DNA of 59,726 nt from Oligoflexales bacterium. GTDB lineage: Bacteria > Bdellovibrionota_B > Oligoflexia > Oligoflexales > Bog-1112. The notes below the pieces were generated by a model. The model made no database searches and had not been told where the DNA came from. It saw only the letters and a list, made by a program, of their open reading frames with translations. The position numbers and the translations under genes were made by a program. Location of the stretch: the NCBI GenBank assembly GCA_045106415.1, contig JBGCEP010000037.1:1-59726 (forward strand). The letters are read 5' to 3'. Positions 20,769 to 29,647 of the stretch are shown piece by piece. Positions within the stretch are counted from its first letter, which is position 1. The number at the start of each line of letters is the position of its first letter.

Positions 20769-21311
20769 CTATTTCCTGAACGGAAAGTTAAAAACATTCA
20801 ACAAGGCACGACCTTCAACATCATTTTTTGCAGTTGTTGTGATCGTGATACCAATACCACGGACAGCATCGACTTGATCGTAATCAATCTCAGGAAATAC
20901 GATCTGTTCTTTAATGCCCAAGCTGTAGTTTCCGCGGCCGTCAAACGCTTTTGCAGAAACACCACGAAAGTCTCGAATACGAGGAATTGTGATGTTCACT
21001 AAACGATCGAGGAACTCATACATATGCAATCCGCGTAACGTAACAGAACAACCAATAGGCATTCCTTCGCGGAGCTTAAAACCTGCAATACTTTTGCGAG
21101 CTTTAGTCATAACAGGCTTTTGACCTGTTATAGCTTCGAGATCTCGCATAGCATGTTCCAAAATCTTCACGTTTTGTGAAGCTCGGCCTTGACCAATATT
21201 CACAACAATCTTTTCGATTTTTGGAATTTGGCAAACATTCTCTAAAGACAGTTCTTCTCTTAGAGCTGTCTTGCGCTCATCATAGATGCGCTTCATTCTT
21301 GATACGTACAC
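20769..21311 (-). CDS. rplE: 50S ribosomal protein L5
   Basis: [31 protein letters not shown]. Confidence 0.98.
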   Translation of the reverse strand: MYVSRMKRIYDERKTALREELSLENVCQIPKIEKIVVNIGQGRASQNVKILEHAMRDLEAITGQKPVMTKARKSIAGFKLREGMPIGCSVTLRGLHMYEFLDRLVNITIPRIRDFRGVSAKAFDGRGNYSLGIKEQIVFPEIDYDQVDAVRGIGITITTTAKNDVEGRALLNVFNFPFRK

Positions 21312-21336
21312 GTCTTCTTTCCCTCGTGATCGTTCG

Positions 21337-21708
21337 CTACAGCACTTCCGGCGCTAGCGACGCAATTCTGTTGAAGCCACGGTTCCTAATTTCTCGCCCA
21401 ACAGGTCCGAAAATACGGGTTCCAACAGGCTCGTTATCCTTGCCTTTAATCAAGACACAAGCATTTTCGTCGAAGCGGATTGTTGATCCATCAGCTCGCG
21501 TCACTGGAGACTTAGTTCGTACAACAACAGCGCTGTGAACAGACCCTTTTTTAACACGTCCATTGGGGATCACTTCTTGTACGGAAACCTTGATCGTGTC
21601 ACCGACACGAGCAGCTTTTCGTCCACTACCGCCTAGCACCTTGATGCACTTGACTCGCTTTGCACCCGAGTTATCACCAGCCTGCAGCTTTGTTTCCATG
21701 ATAATCAT
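21337..21708 (-). CDS. rplN: 50S ribosomal protein L14
   Basis: [21 protein letters not shown]. Confidence 0.98.
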   Translation of the reverse strand: MIIMETKLQAGDNSGAKRVKCIKVLGGSGRKAARVGDTIKVSVQEVIPNGRVKKGSVHSAVVVRTKSPVTRADGSTIRFDENACVLIKGKDNEPVGTRIFGPVGREIRNRGFNRIASLAPEVL

Positions 21709-21740
21709 CGTTCTGCCCTCTCAGATCCCACAACGGGGAC

Positions 21741-22028
21741 TCAATCCTTGCCCCGTTTAACTACTTGAAGCAATTTGTAACTTTTATTCGCACTCAGCGG
21801 CCGACATGGTGTAATCAGAACATGATCACCAATTTTTGTTTGGTTCTCAGGATCATGGAACATCATTTTTGTCGTACGACGAATATGCTTTCTCACGAGT
21901 GGATGCTGAACCTGACGCTCGACAGCACCAACACGGCTTTTATCCATCTTGTCGCTAGTCACAACGCAGCGAAGAGGTCTTTGATTCTTGACTTCTTCTA
22001 CTGGGTTCATAGTTTCTTGTTCAGTCAT
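21741..22028 (-). CDS. rpsQ: 30S ribosomal protein S17
   Basis: VTSDKMDKS, HP, CRPLS. Confidence 0.95.
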   Translation of the reverse strand: MTEQETMNPVEEVKNQRPLRCVVTSDKMDKSRVGAVERQVQHPLVRKHIRRTTKMMFHDPENQTKIGDHVLITPCRPLSANKSYKLLQVVKRGKD

Positions 22029-22029
22029 C

Positions 22030-22254
22030 TCAGCTCTCCTTCACCTGAGCAGCACGGCTCAACGCTGTACGTTGAGTTAAAACTCGTGCTAGCTGCTTCC
22101 GCAATGTTCCGTAACGACTTCCGCGACCCGCCGGCTCTTTGTAAGAGTTTAGGCGAAGCATCACCATCTCATTACGCAGATCCTTCTCAGTTTGTAACAA
22201 CTGAGAAAGGTCAGAGTTGCGGATATCTTCTTTTGAAATTTTATGCAAGTCCAT
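22030..22254 (-). CDS. rpmC: 50S ribosomal protein L29 (divergent)
   Basis: Position between rplP and rpsQ; helical hairpin with LRKQLARVLT. Confidence 0.88.
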   Translation of the reverse strand: MDLHKISKEDIRNSDLSQLLQTEKDLRNEMVMLRLNSYKEPAGRGSRYGTLRKQLARVLTQRTALSRAAQVKES

Positions 22255-22262
22255 TATTTACC

Positions 22263-22685
22263 TCACGCCCACAAATCTTTACCACGAATCAAGAGACGAG
22301 TCTTGACTGGAAGCTTCGCAGCGGCAAGTTTAAGTGCCTCAACTGCCAAACTTTCATCTACACCCTTGATTTCGTAGAGAATTCTTCCTGGGCGAATTTT
22401 AGCTTCGTAGCGATCTACTGAGCCTTTTCCTTTACCCATTCGAACTTCTGCAGGCTTTTTACTAACGGGCACATCTGGAAAAATCTTAATCCAAACCTGT
22501 CCGCCACGTTTCGTTTTACGCGTCATAGCGATACGAGCAGCCTCAATTTGACGAGATGTAATACGGCCACTTTCTAGAGCCATAATACCGAAATCACCAA
22601 ATGCTAGATGATTTCCTGTCTCCGCCTGCCCTCGGTTACGACCTTTCTGTCGTTTCCGAAATTTCATCTTCTTAGGCGACAGCAT
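22263..22685 (-). CDS. rplP: 50S ribosomal protein L16
   Basis: [20 protein letters not shown]. Confidence 0.98.
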   Translation of the reverse strand: MLSPKKMKFRKRQKGRNRGQAETGNHLAFGDFGIMALESGRITSRQIEAARIAMTRKTKRGGQVWIKIFPDVPVSKKPAEVRMGKGKGSVDRYEAKIRPGRILYEIKGVDESLAVEALKLAAAKLPVKTRLLIRGKDLWA

Positions 22686-22697
22686 GCTTCCCCCTGA

Positions 22698-23342
22698 TCA
22701 GTGAATCTTGTCCAGGATTTCTCCTCGGAAGACCCAAACTTTAATGCCAATAATACCGTACGTTGTCAAAGCCTCAGCTGTACCGTAATCGATATCAGCA
22801 CGCAGTGTATGCAACGGAACACGACCTTCGTGGTAACGCTCTGTACGAGACATGTCAGCGCCACCAAGACGACCAGAACACTGGATCTTGACTCCGCTTG
22901 CGCCCGCTCGCATAACATTGCTAATAGCTTTTTTCATCGCACGACGAAAAGAGACCCGACGCTCAAGTTGTTGACGAATAGAATCGGCAACGAGCTGAGA
23001 GTCCAAATCAGGCTTCTTAACTTCATAGACGTTCAAGACTGGCTCACTATTTGAGAGCTTGGCATAACGGACAAGAGCATTTTTCAATGACTCTGCGCCA
23101 GAACCTTTTTTCCCGATAATGACACCTGGACGGCTACTGTAAATGTTAATCTTTAAGTTACTTGCAGCTCTTTCGATATCAACTCGAGCAATGCTAGCAC
23201 TTGAAAACTTCTTCGCGATGTATTCACGAATCTTTGTGTCTTCTAACAGAAGCCCTGCGTAGTTATCATTCGAAAACCACTGAGAACCCCATGTTTTGAC
23301 GACTTTCAATCGAAATCCGATTGGATGTACCTTTTGTCCCAC
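22698..23342 (-). CDS. rpsC: 30S ribosomal protein S3
   Basis: [35 protein letters not shown]. Confidence 0.99.
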   Translation of the reverse strand: MGQKVHPIGFRLKVVKTWGSQWFSNDNYAGLLLEDTKIREYIAKKFSSASIARVDIERAASNLKINIYSSRPGVIIGKKGSGAESLKNALVRYAKLSNSEPVLNVYEVKKPDLDSQLVADSIRQQLERRVSFRRAMKKAISNVMRAGASGVKIQCSGRLGGADMSRTERYHEGRVPLHTLRADIDYGTAEALTTYGIIGIKVWVFRGEILDKIH

Positions 23343-23353
23343 GACACCTTCCC

Positions 23354-23692
23354 CTAGATTTTCTCTTGAAGTTCAACGGTTATATGCGACGACCGCTTAC
23401 GGATAGGTGTCGCTCGCCCTTGTGCGCGCGGCAGGTATCTTTTAAGCGTACGACCCTCATTCACGTAAATAGCCTTTACGTAAAGCTGATCGACATCGAC
23501 AGTCGAAACCTGCACAGCATTGCTAACTGCAGATCGGATTAACTTTGCAACCATAGGGGCAGCTCTTTTAGTTGTCAAAGACAAACGGTCAAGAGCAGAT
23601 TCCACTTTAAGCCCACGCACGGCATCAGTTACAAGTCTTGCTTTTCGCGGAGAGATTCGCACCTCTCTCAAGTGCGCTGAATAGTTTTGCAT
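23354..23692 (-). CDS. rplV: 50S ribosomal protein L22
   Basis: [20 protein letters not shown]. Confidence 0.98.
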   Translation of the reverse strand: MQNYSAHLREVRISPRKARLVTDAVRGLKVESALDRLSLTTKRAAPMVAKLIRSAVSNAVQVSTVDVDQLYVKAIYVNEGRTLKRYLPRAQGRATPIRKRSSHITVELQEKI

Positions 23693-23700
23693 AAAAGCTC

Positions 23701-23967
23701 CTACTTCTTCTTCCCGCTCTTCACGTGGCCACGGTAATCACGCGTCGGAGAAAATTCACCGAGTTTATGACCAACCATATTTTCAGTGACGTAAACAGGA
23801 ATAAACTTTTTGCCGTTATGTACCGCAAAAGTCAAACCTACAAACTCCGGAACAATCGTTGAGCGACGGCTCCAAGTTTTGATTGGTCGCTTATCTTCTT
23901 TTGCCTTATCTGCTTTCGCAAAAAGGTAAGAGTCGATAAAGGGACCTTTCTTAATCGAACGTGCCAT
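23701..23967 (-). CDS. rpsS: 30S ribosomal protein S19
   Basis: [25 protein letters not shown]. Confidence 0.99.
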   Translation of the reverse strand: MARSIKKGPFIDSYLFAKADKAKEDKRPIKTWSRRSTIVPEFVGLTFAVHNGKKFIPVYVTENMVGHKLGEFSPTRDYRGHVKSGKKK

Positions 23968-23981
23968 ATCGGCATCCTCCC

Positions 23982-24815
23982 CTATTTCTTGTTCCGTCGT
24001 TTGACGATGAACCGGTTTGTTCTCTTGTTACTTCGAGTCTTAGCACCCTTTGTCGGTTTCGCCCATGGACTCACTGGGTGACGCCCACCTGAAGTACGAC
24101 CTTCACCACCACCATGAGGGTGATCAACCGGGTTCATAGCAACACCACGGACAGTTGGGCGAATACCTTTCCAGCGAGAACGACCAGCTTTACCAAGCTT
24201 TACGTTACCGTGGTCAGCATTTCCAACAACACCGATAGTTGCACGACAAGACTCAGGAACAATTCTCATCTCACCTGAAGGCATCTTCAGCTGAGCATAA
24301 CCATCTGTTCGACCCGCAAGTTGGCAATAGCTACCTGCAGAACGAGCCATTTGGCCACCTTTGCCAGTTTTCATTTCGACATTATGAACCATTGTACCGA
24401 AGGGCATAGCACTAAGAGGGATCGCGTTCCCAGGCTTAATGTCAGCTGTCTTCGCAGAGATCACAACATCACCCTTTTTAAGGCCTGCCGGACAAAGGAT
24501 GTAACGACGCTCACCATCCTTGTACAGAATACGAGCAATAAATGCTGTTCTGTTTGGATCATACTCAACCGCTTCAACTCGACCCTGAATATCAAGCTTA
24601 TTACGCTTGAAATCAATAGTTCTGTACAAACGACTAGCACCGCCACCCCTGTGGCGAACAGTGATACGTCCGTTATTATTTCGACCACCCTTTTTGTTCA
24701 AAGGAGAAGTCAAACTTTTTAGAGGCTCAATCTTATCAAGCTCTCTATAGTCAACCACCGACATGCCGCGACGACCGGGGGTCGTTCCTCGATACGTTTT
24801 AATTCCCATCTTCAT
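23982..24815 (-). CDS. rplB: 50S ribosomal protein L2
   Basis: [24 protein letters not shown]. Confidence 0.99.
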   Translation of the reverse strand: MKMGIKTYRGTTPGRRGMSVVDYRELDKIEPLKSLTSPLNKKGGRNNNGRITVRHRGGGASRLYRTIDFKRNKLDIQGRVEAVEYDPNRTAFIARILYKDGERRYILCPAGLKKGDVVISAKTADIKPGNAIPLSAMPFGTMVHNVEMKTGKGGQMARSAGSYCQLAGRTDGYAQLKMPSGEMRIVPESCRATIGVVGNADHGNVKLGKAGRSRWKGIRPTVRGVAMNPVDHPHGGGEGRTSGGRHPVSPWAKPTKGAKTRSNKRTNRFIVKRRNKK

Positions 24816-24831
24816 TCCCCACTAGTCGAGA

Positions 24832-25113
24832 TCATTCTTCAAAAAGCTTGATCTGATCGCCATCGCGCAACTTCACAATCGCTTTTTTATACGTCTTTGA
24901 AGGTACTTTTCCGTAAGGAGTTCTACGTAAGCGTCCACGAGTCAACATCGTATTGACATCTTCAACTTTTACATCAAAGAGTTCTTCAATCGCACGTCGC
25001 ACGTCTAGCTTTGTTGCTTCACGCCTTACTTCAAAAACATAAGATCCTTGCTCACGCAAGTTTGTGCTTTTCTCAGTTACTAAAGGTCTAAGCAGTGCAC
25101 TGTAAGGATTCAT
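24832..25113 (-). CDS. rplW: 50S ribosomal protein L23
   Basis: PLVTEKS, YVFEV, KKAIV; synteny. Confidence 0.96.
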   Translation of the reverse strand: MNPYSALLRPLVTEKSTNLREQGSYVFEVRREATKLDVRRAIEELFDVKVEDVNTMLTRGRLRRTPYGKVPSKTYKKAIVKLRDGDQIKLFEE

Positions 25114-25739
25114 TCTGCACCTCCACTCAATCTTTGACGAAGCACTTCAAGAGCAGCTTGAGACAGAACCAATGATTCATAACGCAAGATGTTCTCAGCG
25201 TTTAAAACCTCAGGCGCAAGCGTCAAGACACCATGCAAATTTCGAGCAGAACGATACAAAAAGTCATCAGCACGCGCGTCTGCAATAAGTGCTTTTTTAA
25301 CACCTAAGTTTTGCAACGCAGCTTCAACTGCTTTTGTTTTGTACTGGTCAATCTGAAAATCATCCACAACAATTAACTTGTTATGGCGAACTTTGTCACT
25401 CAGCGCAATTCGAGTCGCTAAAGTCTTAACCTTACGGTTAATCCCTTGACGATAATCACGCGGCTGAGGACCGTGAGCAGTACCACCACCAGGCATTAAA
25501 GGAGAAGTTGAACTACCCTGACGAGCGTTCCCTGTTCCTTTTTGCTTGAACGGCTTGCGACCACTACCAGCAACCATGCCACGAGTTTTTGTAGCATGAG
25601 TCCCTTGTCGACGATTTGCTCGATAAGCCTTCACAACACTGTGAAGAACACCGTCATTCATCTCTACTTCATAAACATCTGAAGGTAAGTCGATATGACT
25701 AACAACTTCACCTTTGATATTGACAACATCCCATTTCAT
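25110..25739 (-). CDS. rplD: 50S ribosomal protein L4
   Basis: RQGTHATKTR, KQKGTGNARQGS, GPQPRDY; start at ATG 25739. Confidence 0.98.
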   Translation of the reverse strand: MKWDVVNIKGEVVSHIDLPSDVYEVEMNDGVLHSVVKAYRANRRQGTHATKTRGMVAGSGRKPFKQKGTGNARQGSSTSPLMPGGGTAHGPQPRDYRQGINRKVKTLATRIALSDKVRHNKLIVVDDFQIDQYKTKAVEAALQNLGVKKALIADARADDFLYRSARNLHGVLTLAPEVLNAENILRYESLVLSQAALEVLRQRLSGGAE

Positions 25740-25762
25740 GGAATTCACCCCTTGACTTTCTA

Positions 25763-26416
25763 TCACTTCCCGGTCCCGATCGATGGGCGAACCTCAAGGT
25801 AACCATTACGAGTTCCCGGCACCGACCCTTTGACCGCGATCAAGTTGCGTGTCGCATCAATTTTCATCACTTTCATATTTCGCACAGTTCGGTTTTCTGT
25901 ACCCATGTGACCTGGCTGCGGCTTATTCTTGTAAACTCGACCTGGAGTTGTACATTGCCCCAAAGAACCTGGACGACGGTGAAAACGAGAACCGTGTGTC
26001 ATACGACCAATACTGCTGTTCCAGCGCTTTACAGCACCCTGAAAACCGCGACCTTTTGTTTGACCAGTTACATCAACTTGCGCAATGCCATCAAACAACT
26101 CAGCGCTCACCTTAGAACTTAGAGACAAAGCCTCAACAGGGCCAGGAGTTCTAAATTCTTGGAATCGAGCATAATTGTCTTCGACTCCAGCTTTACGCAA
26201 ACGAGCTAGATCTGGTTTGTTAAGGTTTTTTTCCGACTTACGGAAAAAACCGAGTTGAACGCCGTGATAACCGTCACGCTCAGGAGTTAGTACTTTCGTA
26301 ACTCTCTGATCAGCAACTTCCAAAACAGTTACTGCTATCATGCGGCCAGCGTCATCGACCATGCGAGTCATGCCAACTTTTTTGGCAATCAATCCTTTGT
26401 CAAAGATTTTCGCCAT
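25763..26416 (-). CDS. rplC: 50S ribosomal protein L3
   Basis: KVGMT, KGRGFQG, HGSRFHRRPGS, KGSVPG; start at ATG 26416 after GGAGG. Confidence 0.98.
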   Translation of the reverse strand: MAKIFDKGLIAKKVGMTRMVDDAGRMIAVTVLEVADQRVTKVLTPERDGYHGVQLGFFRKSEKNLNKPDLARLRKAGVEDNYARFQEFRTPGPVEALSLSSKVSAELFDGIAQVDVTGQTKGRGFQGAVKRWNSSIGRMTHGSRFHRRPGSLGQCTTPGRVYKNKPQPGHMGTENRTVRNMKVMKIDATRNLIAVKGSVPGTRNGYLEVRPSIGTGK

Positions 26417-26467
26417 TGTTTTCCTCCCCACTCACTACACATCAGCAGACCCTTGTCTGCTGGGGAC

Positions 26468-26779
26468 TTAAAAGAGCTTAATATCCACATCAACACCAGA
26501 AGCAAGATCAAGTTTCATCAACGAATCAATTGTTGATGCTTGAGCTTCAAGGATGTCCAAAAGTCTTTTATGGACACGCACTTCAAACTGTTCTCGTGAT
26601 TTCTTGTTTACATGTGGGCTTCGTAGAACTGTATACCGGCTAATAGCAGTCGGTAACGGGATAGGTCCCGCAATTTTAGCACCAGTTCTTCGTGCTCTCT
26701 CAACGATCTCAGCAACGGACTGATCAATCAGACGATGATCGTAGCCCCTGAGGCGGATTCTGATCTTCTGGCTTTCCAT
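26468..26779 (-). CDS. rpsJ: 30S ribosomal protein S10
   Basis: [27 protein letters not shown]; start at ATG 26779. Confidence 0.99.
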   Translation of the reverse strand: MESQKIRIRLRGYDHRLIDQSVAEIVERARRTGAKIAGPIPLPTAISRYTVLRSPHVNKKSREQFEVRVHKRLLDILEAQASTIDSLMKLDLASGVDVDIKLF

Positions 26780-26806
26780 ACGCTCACAAACCCTGTCACA
26801 ATTGTT

Positions 26807-26899
26807 AAAAAAATCTCTTGACGGTCGGCGGCTTGTATACACACTTACTAAGGCAAGCTGGCATAGGCTTGTTAGTCCAAGCATACCGTATCCGAAGAG
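26807..26899 (-). ncRNA. Candidate structured 5' leader of the S10 operon
   Basis: Nested pairings CUCUU/AAGAG and ACGGU/ACCGU enclosing two GCUUG/CAAGC hairpins, followed by U7; TTGACA upstream at 26929-26934. Confidence 0.4.
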
Positions 26900-27129
26900 T
26901 GATGGATTTAAACGTTTTCGTGCGCCGATGTCAAGAAGAATTTACATTCAAACCAGTTTTTATGCGTCAAAGATAAAACACCTATCAAAAAGCCTAATTC
27001 TTCACGTAAATATATAAAAAAAACACTAAATCCTTTAATTGAAGTAAGTTACGTCAAAACCTTCGGCAGAGAAAGCCACAAGAAAGCATCCTCAAAATAG
27101 GGCTGAGACATCTTTAATGAAGTTTCTGG

Positions 27130-27157
27130 TAAAGTGAATGGAGATGGGTACCGATGC
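27130..27157 (+). promoter_or_regulatory. Sigma-28 (FliA)-like promoter
   Basis: TAAAG-N16-CCGATG about 40 bp upstream of the SH3 lipoprotein. Confidence 0.5.
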
Positions 27158-27197
27158 CACCTTTGACTGTTATTCAGAATAACCAGGAGGAAACCAC

Positions 27198-27527
27198 GTG
27201 AAATCTAAGATCCTTGTATTAGCTGGAGTTATGGGGCTATGGAATTGTTCAGGAGACAAAGCCATGACCGAGGAACCAGTGAACAACGTTACAATGGAAG
27301 CGCCAGCGGAAACATCACAACCAGGTGCAGGCATGCACGCAGACGCACAAGTCCAATGGGTCAACGTCTCCGCACTGAATGTCAGAGAAGGCGCTGGCAT
27401 GAGTCACGGTGTCACTAGACACGTTCGCGAAGGCGAGCAAGTCAAAGTCCATGAACGCGTTGGCGTATGGGCAAAAATCGGACAAGGCGAATGGGTCTCT
27501 AGCCGTTATCTCCGCGACCAACCTTAA
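27198..27527 (+). CDS. Lipoprotein with C-terminal bacterial SH3 domain
   Basis: AGGAGG SD, GTG start, lipobox LWNC; ALNVREGAG...WAKI...GEWVSSRYL SH3b pattern. Confidence 0.88.
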   Translation: MKSKILVLAGVMGLWNCSGDKAMTEEPVNNVTMEAPAETSQPGAGMHADAQVQWVNVSALNVREGAGMSHGVTRHVREGEQVKVHERVGVWAKIGQGEWVSSRYLRDQP

Positions 27528-27533
27528 AAGACC

Positions 27534-27574
27534 TGCAAAGGGCGTGCAGACCTAGAGAATCAACGCCCTTTGCA
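27534..27574 (+). terminator. Stem-loop after the SH3 gene
   Basis: TGCAAAGGGCGT / ACGCCCTTTGCA perfect 12-bp stem, 17-nt loop, no clear U tract. Confidence 0.5.
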
Positions 27575-27643
27575 CCACTCTTCTAGCTTCAAAATCATTG
27601 TGTTAGAGTTCTTGTAAACAAACCACAGAACAAGAGCGACACC

Positions 27644-29647
27644 TTGCGACATCCCAACCTATCAAAAACATCAAAAAACGAACTTTACAAATTCACCACT
27701 ATATTCATTTGCACATCAGTCATCTCCGCGCTTCAAGGTCCCGCGTTTTCTCCCCGGGACGCTATGGGCCAAGACGTCTCGCAGCTCACATCAGAACTAC
27801 TAGTCATGTTCCCATTGGATATCTTCTCTCAAATCCTCAAAATCATCACCATCATAAGCCTCGTAATCTACATCACCTCATGGAAAAGGACCTTAAAAGA
27901 GTCAATCCCATACATGATCACCTCATGGCTCCTCATCTCTATCGGGGCTATTCTTCAGTACCCAGCTGTCTTCGAAGACTCCCTTCCTCGCTCAGCCGCC
28001 CTATTCATTTCCACCATCCCCAGAGCAACAGCATTACCTTATCTATTTATTATTTGCGGGTGGTCCATTTGCTTAACAGCCATCGTCCGCAACGCCTTCA
28101 AAAACCACTCTAACTTCCTACCGTACCTAATCACCGGGGTTTTTCTTTCATCAGATTCAAGCTTCAACACCAAAAACCAAGAAGAATCCATATTTCTTAT
28201 CTCCATCGACTCACTACGCGCAGATGCCATCACAGCGGAAAAAACACCCAATTTATACAGATTCAAAAATCAACACACATCTTTCGAACAGCATTTTGTA
28301 GGGATTCCAAGAACATTCCCATCGTGGATTGAAACCCTTGAAAGCCAACCCGCTGCCCTTTCCGGGATTCGACACATGTTCCCAACTCAACCCGAACGCC
28401 AACAACAATCGTCAACAGCAACGTTCGCTCAAGCTTTATCTCTCGAAGGGTTTCATACAGCTCTTATTTCAGACTTCGCTGGCGACATTTTTCCTCGGTT
28501 TGAAAACCACTACCACACCACACAAGCCCCAACATTCACGCTACCCAGCATGTTACAACTCAACATCACAACACATCTCCGATTTTTCCTCCCATACATC
28601 CTCACCCCACCCCTACGTTCAATCTTCCCTGAAATAGAGGCCAGCCCCATCGCAACAAACCCTCAAAACCTCATCCATCAGGCCATACAGCACCTACGAT
28701 CAACACCACGAAAAAATATGACAACCCTCTTTTTTTCCACAGCACATTTTCCATACGCATCCCCTTGGCCTTACTATCCTGCTGTCACAAATGAAACTCG
28801 GTTTATTTTTCAAAAAAACCCCGACCTAAGCTATACATCTCTTTCTTCAGATGAGAAAAAACACATCATTAAACTCTACGAATCTTCGATTCAAGCTATT
28901 GATCACGCATGCGGAGCACTCTTTCAATACCTCAAAGACAATCAAAAATGGGACTCCAGCACAATCATCATCACAGCCGACCACGGAGAAGAACTCTTCG
29001 ACGCAAACCGCATTCAAGGACACGGAGAACATCTTTGGGGCAACGCAATGCTTCACGTCCCTCTACTCTGGAAACAAAAAAACCACCAAAAACCTCAGAG
29101 AATAGAACACATAACACGCTCTATAGACCTCGGAACAACACTCATCCACCAAGTATCAAAAACTCAAAAAATGCAAAAAAATATAAATTTTAAATTCTCA
29201 GGACAAAATCTCAACCCATGGATCGACAGCACGAACGATCAACCATTTCCTCAGTTATCAGCATTCTCCGAAACCGGGCTTTGGTTTTCAAACAAAGGAA
29301 ACGCTGAGTTTCAACTCAAACGCCTCTGGTACCCCAACATCAACGAACTTATTACAATAGATAAAACAACTGAAAAAGAAGTTGTACTACACCATGATTA
29401 CAGACAACTCACAGTCACAGCAAAACACAGGTCCCTCATATCCGGTGAATACAAAGTTCTCTACATACCCACAAAAAAAGGCATTCAATGGGAACTATAT
29501 CAATGGAAAAAAGACCCACATAACATCAAAAACATAGCTCCATCTTCACCAAAAAAACTCCTTGAAATGCAAGAAAAACTTCTCAGCTACATGACGTTTA
29601 TCGAGAAAAGAAACCGTATCATCAACAATTTTGTGGTGCCGCTATGA
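27644..29647 (+). CDS. Membrane-anchored alkaline-phosphatase-superfamily (sulfatase-like) hydrolase/transferase
   Basis: N-terminal TM helices; SIDSLRAD, PRTFPS (Thr), HFPY, TADHGE, GHG metal-binding motifs. Confidence 0.85.
   Translation: MRHPNLSKTSKNELYKFTTIFICTSVISALQGPAFSPRDAMGQDVSQLTSELLVMFPLDIFSQILKIITIISLVIYITSWKRTLKESIPYMITSWLLISIGAILQYPAVFEDSLPRSAALFISTIPRATALPYLFIICGWSICLTAIVRNAFKNHSNFLPYLITGVFLSSDSSFNTKNQEESIFLISIDSLRADAITAEKTPNLYRFKNQHTSFEQHFVGIPRTFPSWIETLESQPAALSGIRHMFPTQPERQQQSSTATFAQALSLEGFHTALISDFAGDIFPRFENHYHTTQAPTFTLPSMLQLNITTHLRFFLPYILTPPLRSIFPEIEASPIATNPQNLIHQAIQHLRSTPRKNMTTLFFSTAHFPYASPWPYYPAVTNETRFIFQKNPDLSYTSLSSDEKKHIIKLYESSIQAIDHACGALFQYLKDNQKWDSSTIIITADHGEELFDANRIQGHGEHLWGNAMLHVPLLWKQKNHQKPQRIEHITRSIDLGTTLIHQVSKTQKMQKNINFKFSGQNLNPWIDSTNDQPFPQLSAFSETGLWFSNKGNAEFQLKRLWYPNINELITIDKTTEKEVVLHHDYRQLTVTAKHRSLISGEYKVLYIPTKKGIQWELYQWKKDPHNIKNIAPSSPKKLLEMQEKLLSYMTFIEKRNRIINNFVVPL

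Noticed and set aside
9034..22421. Long alternative-frame or antisense ORFs (9034-9675, 10890-11531, 12882-13517, 14642-15298, 17057-17896, 21765-22421)
   Set aside because: They overlap well-supported conserved genes and are explained by codon bias and strand skew
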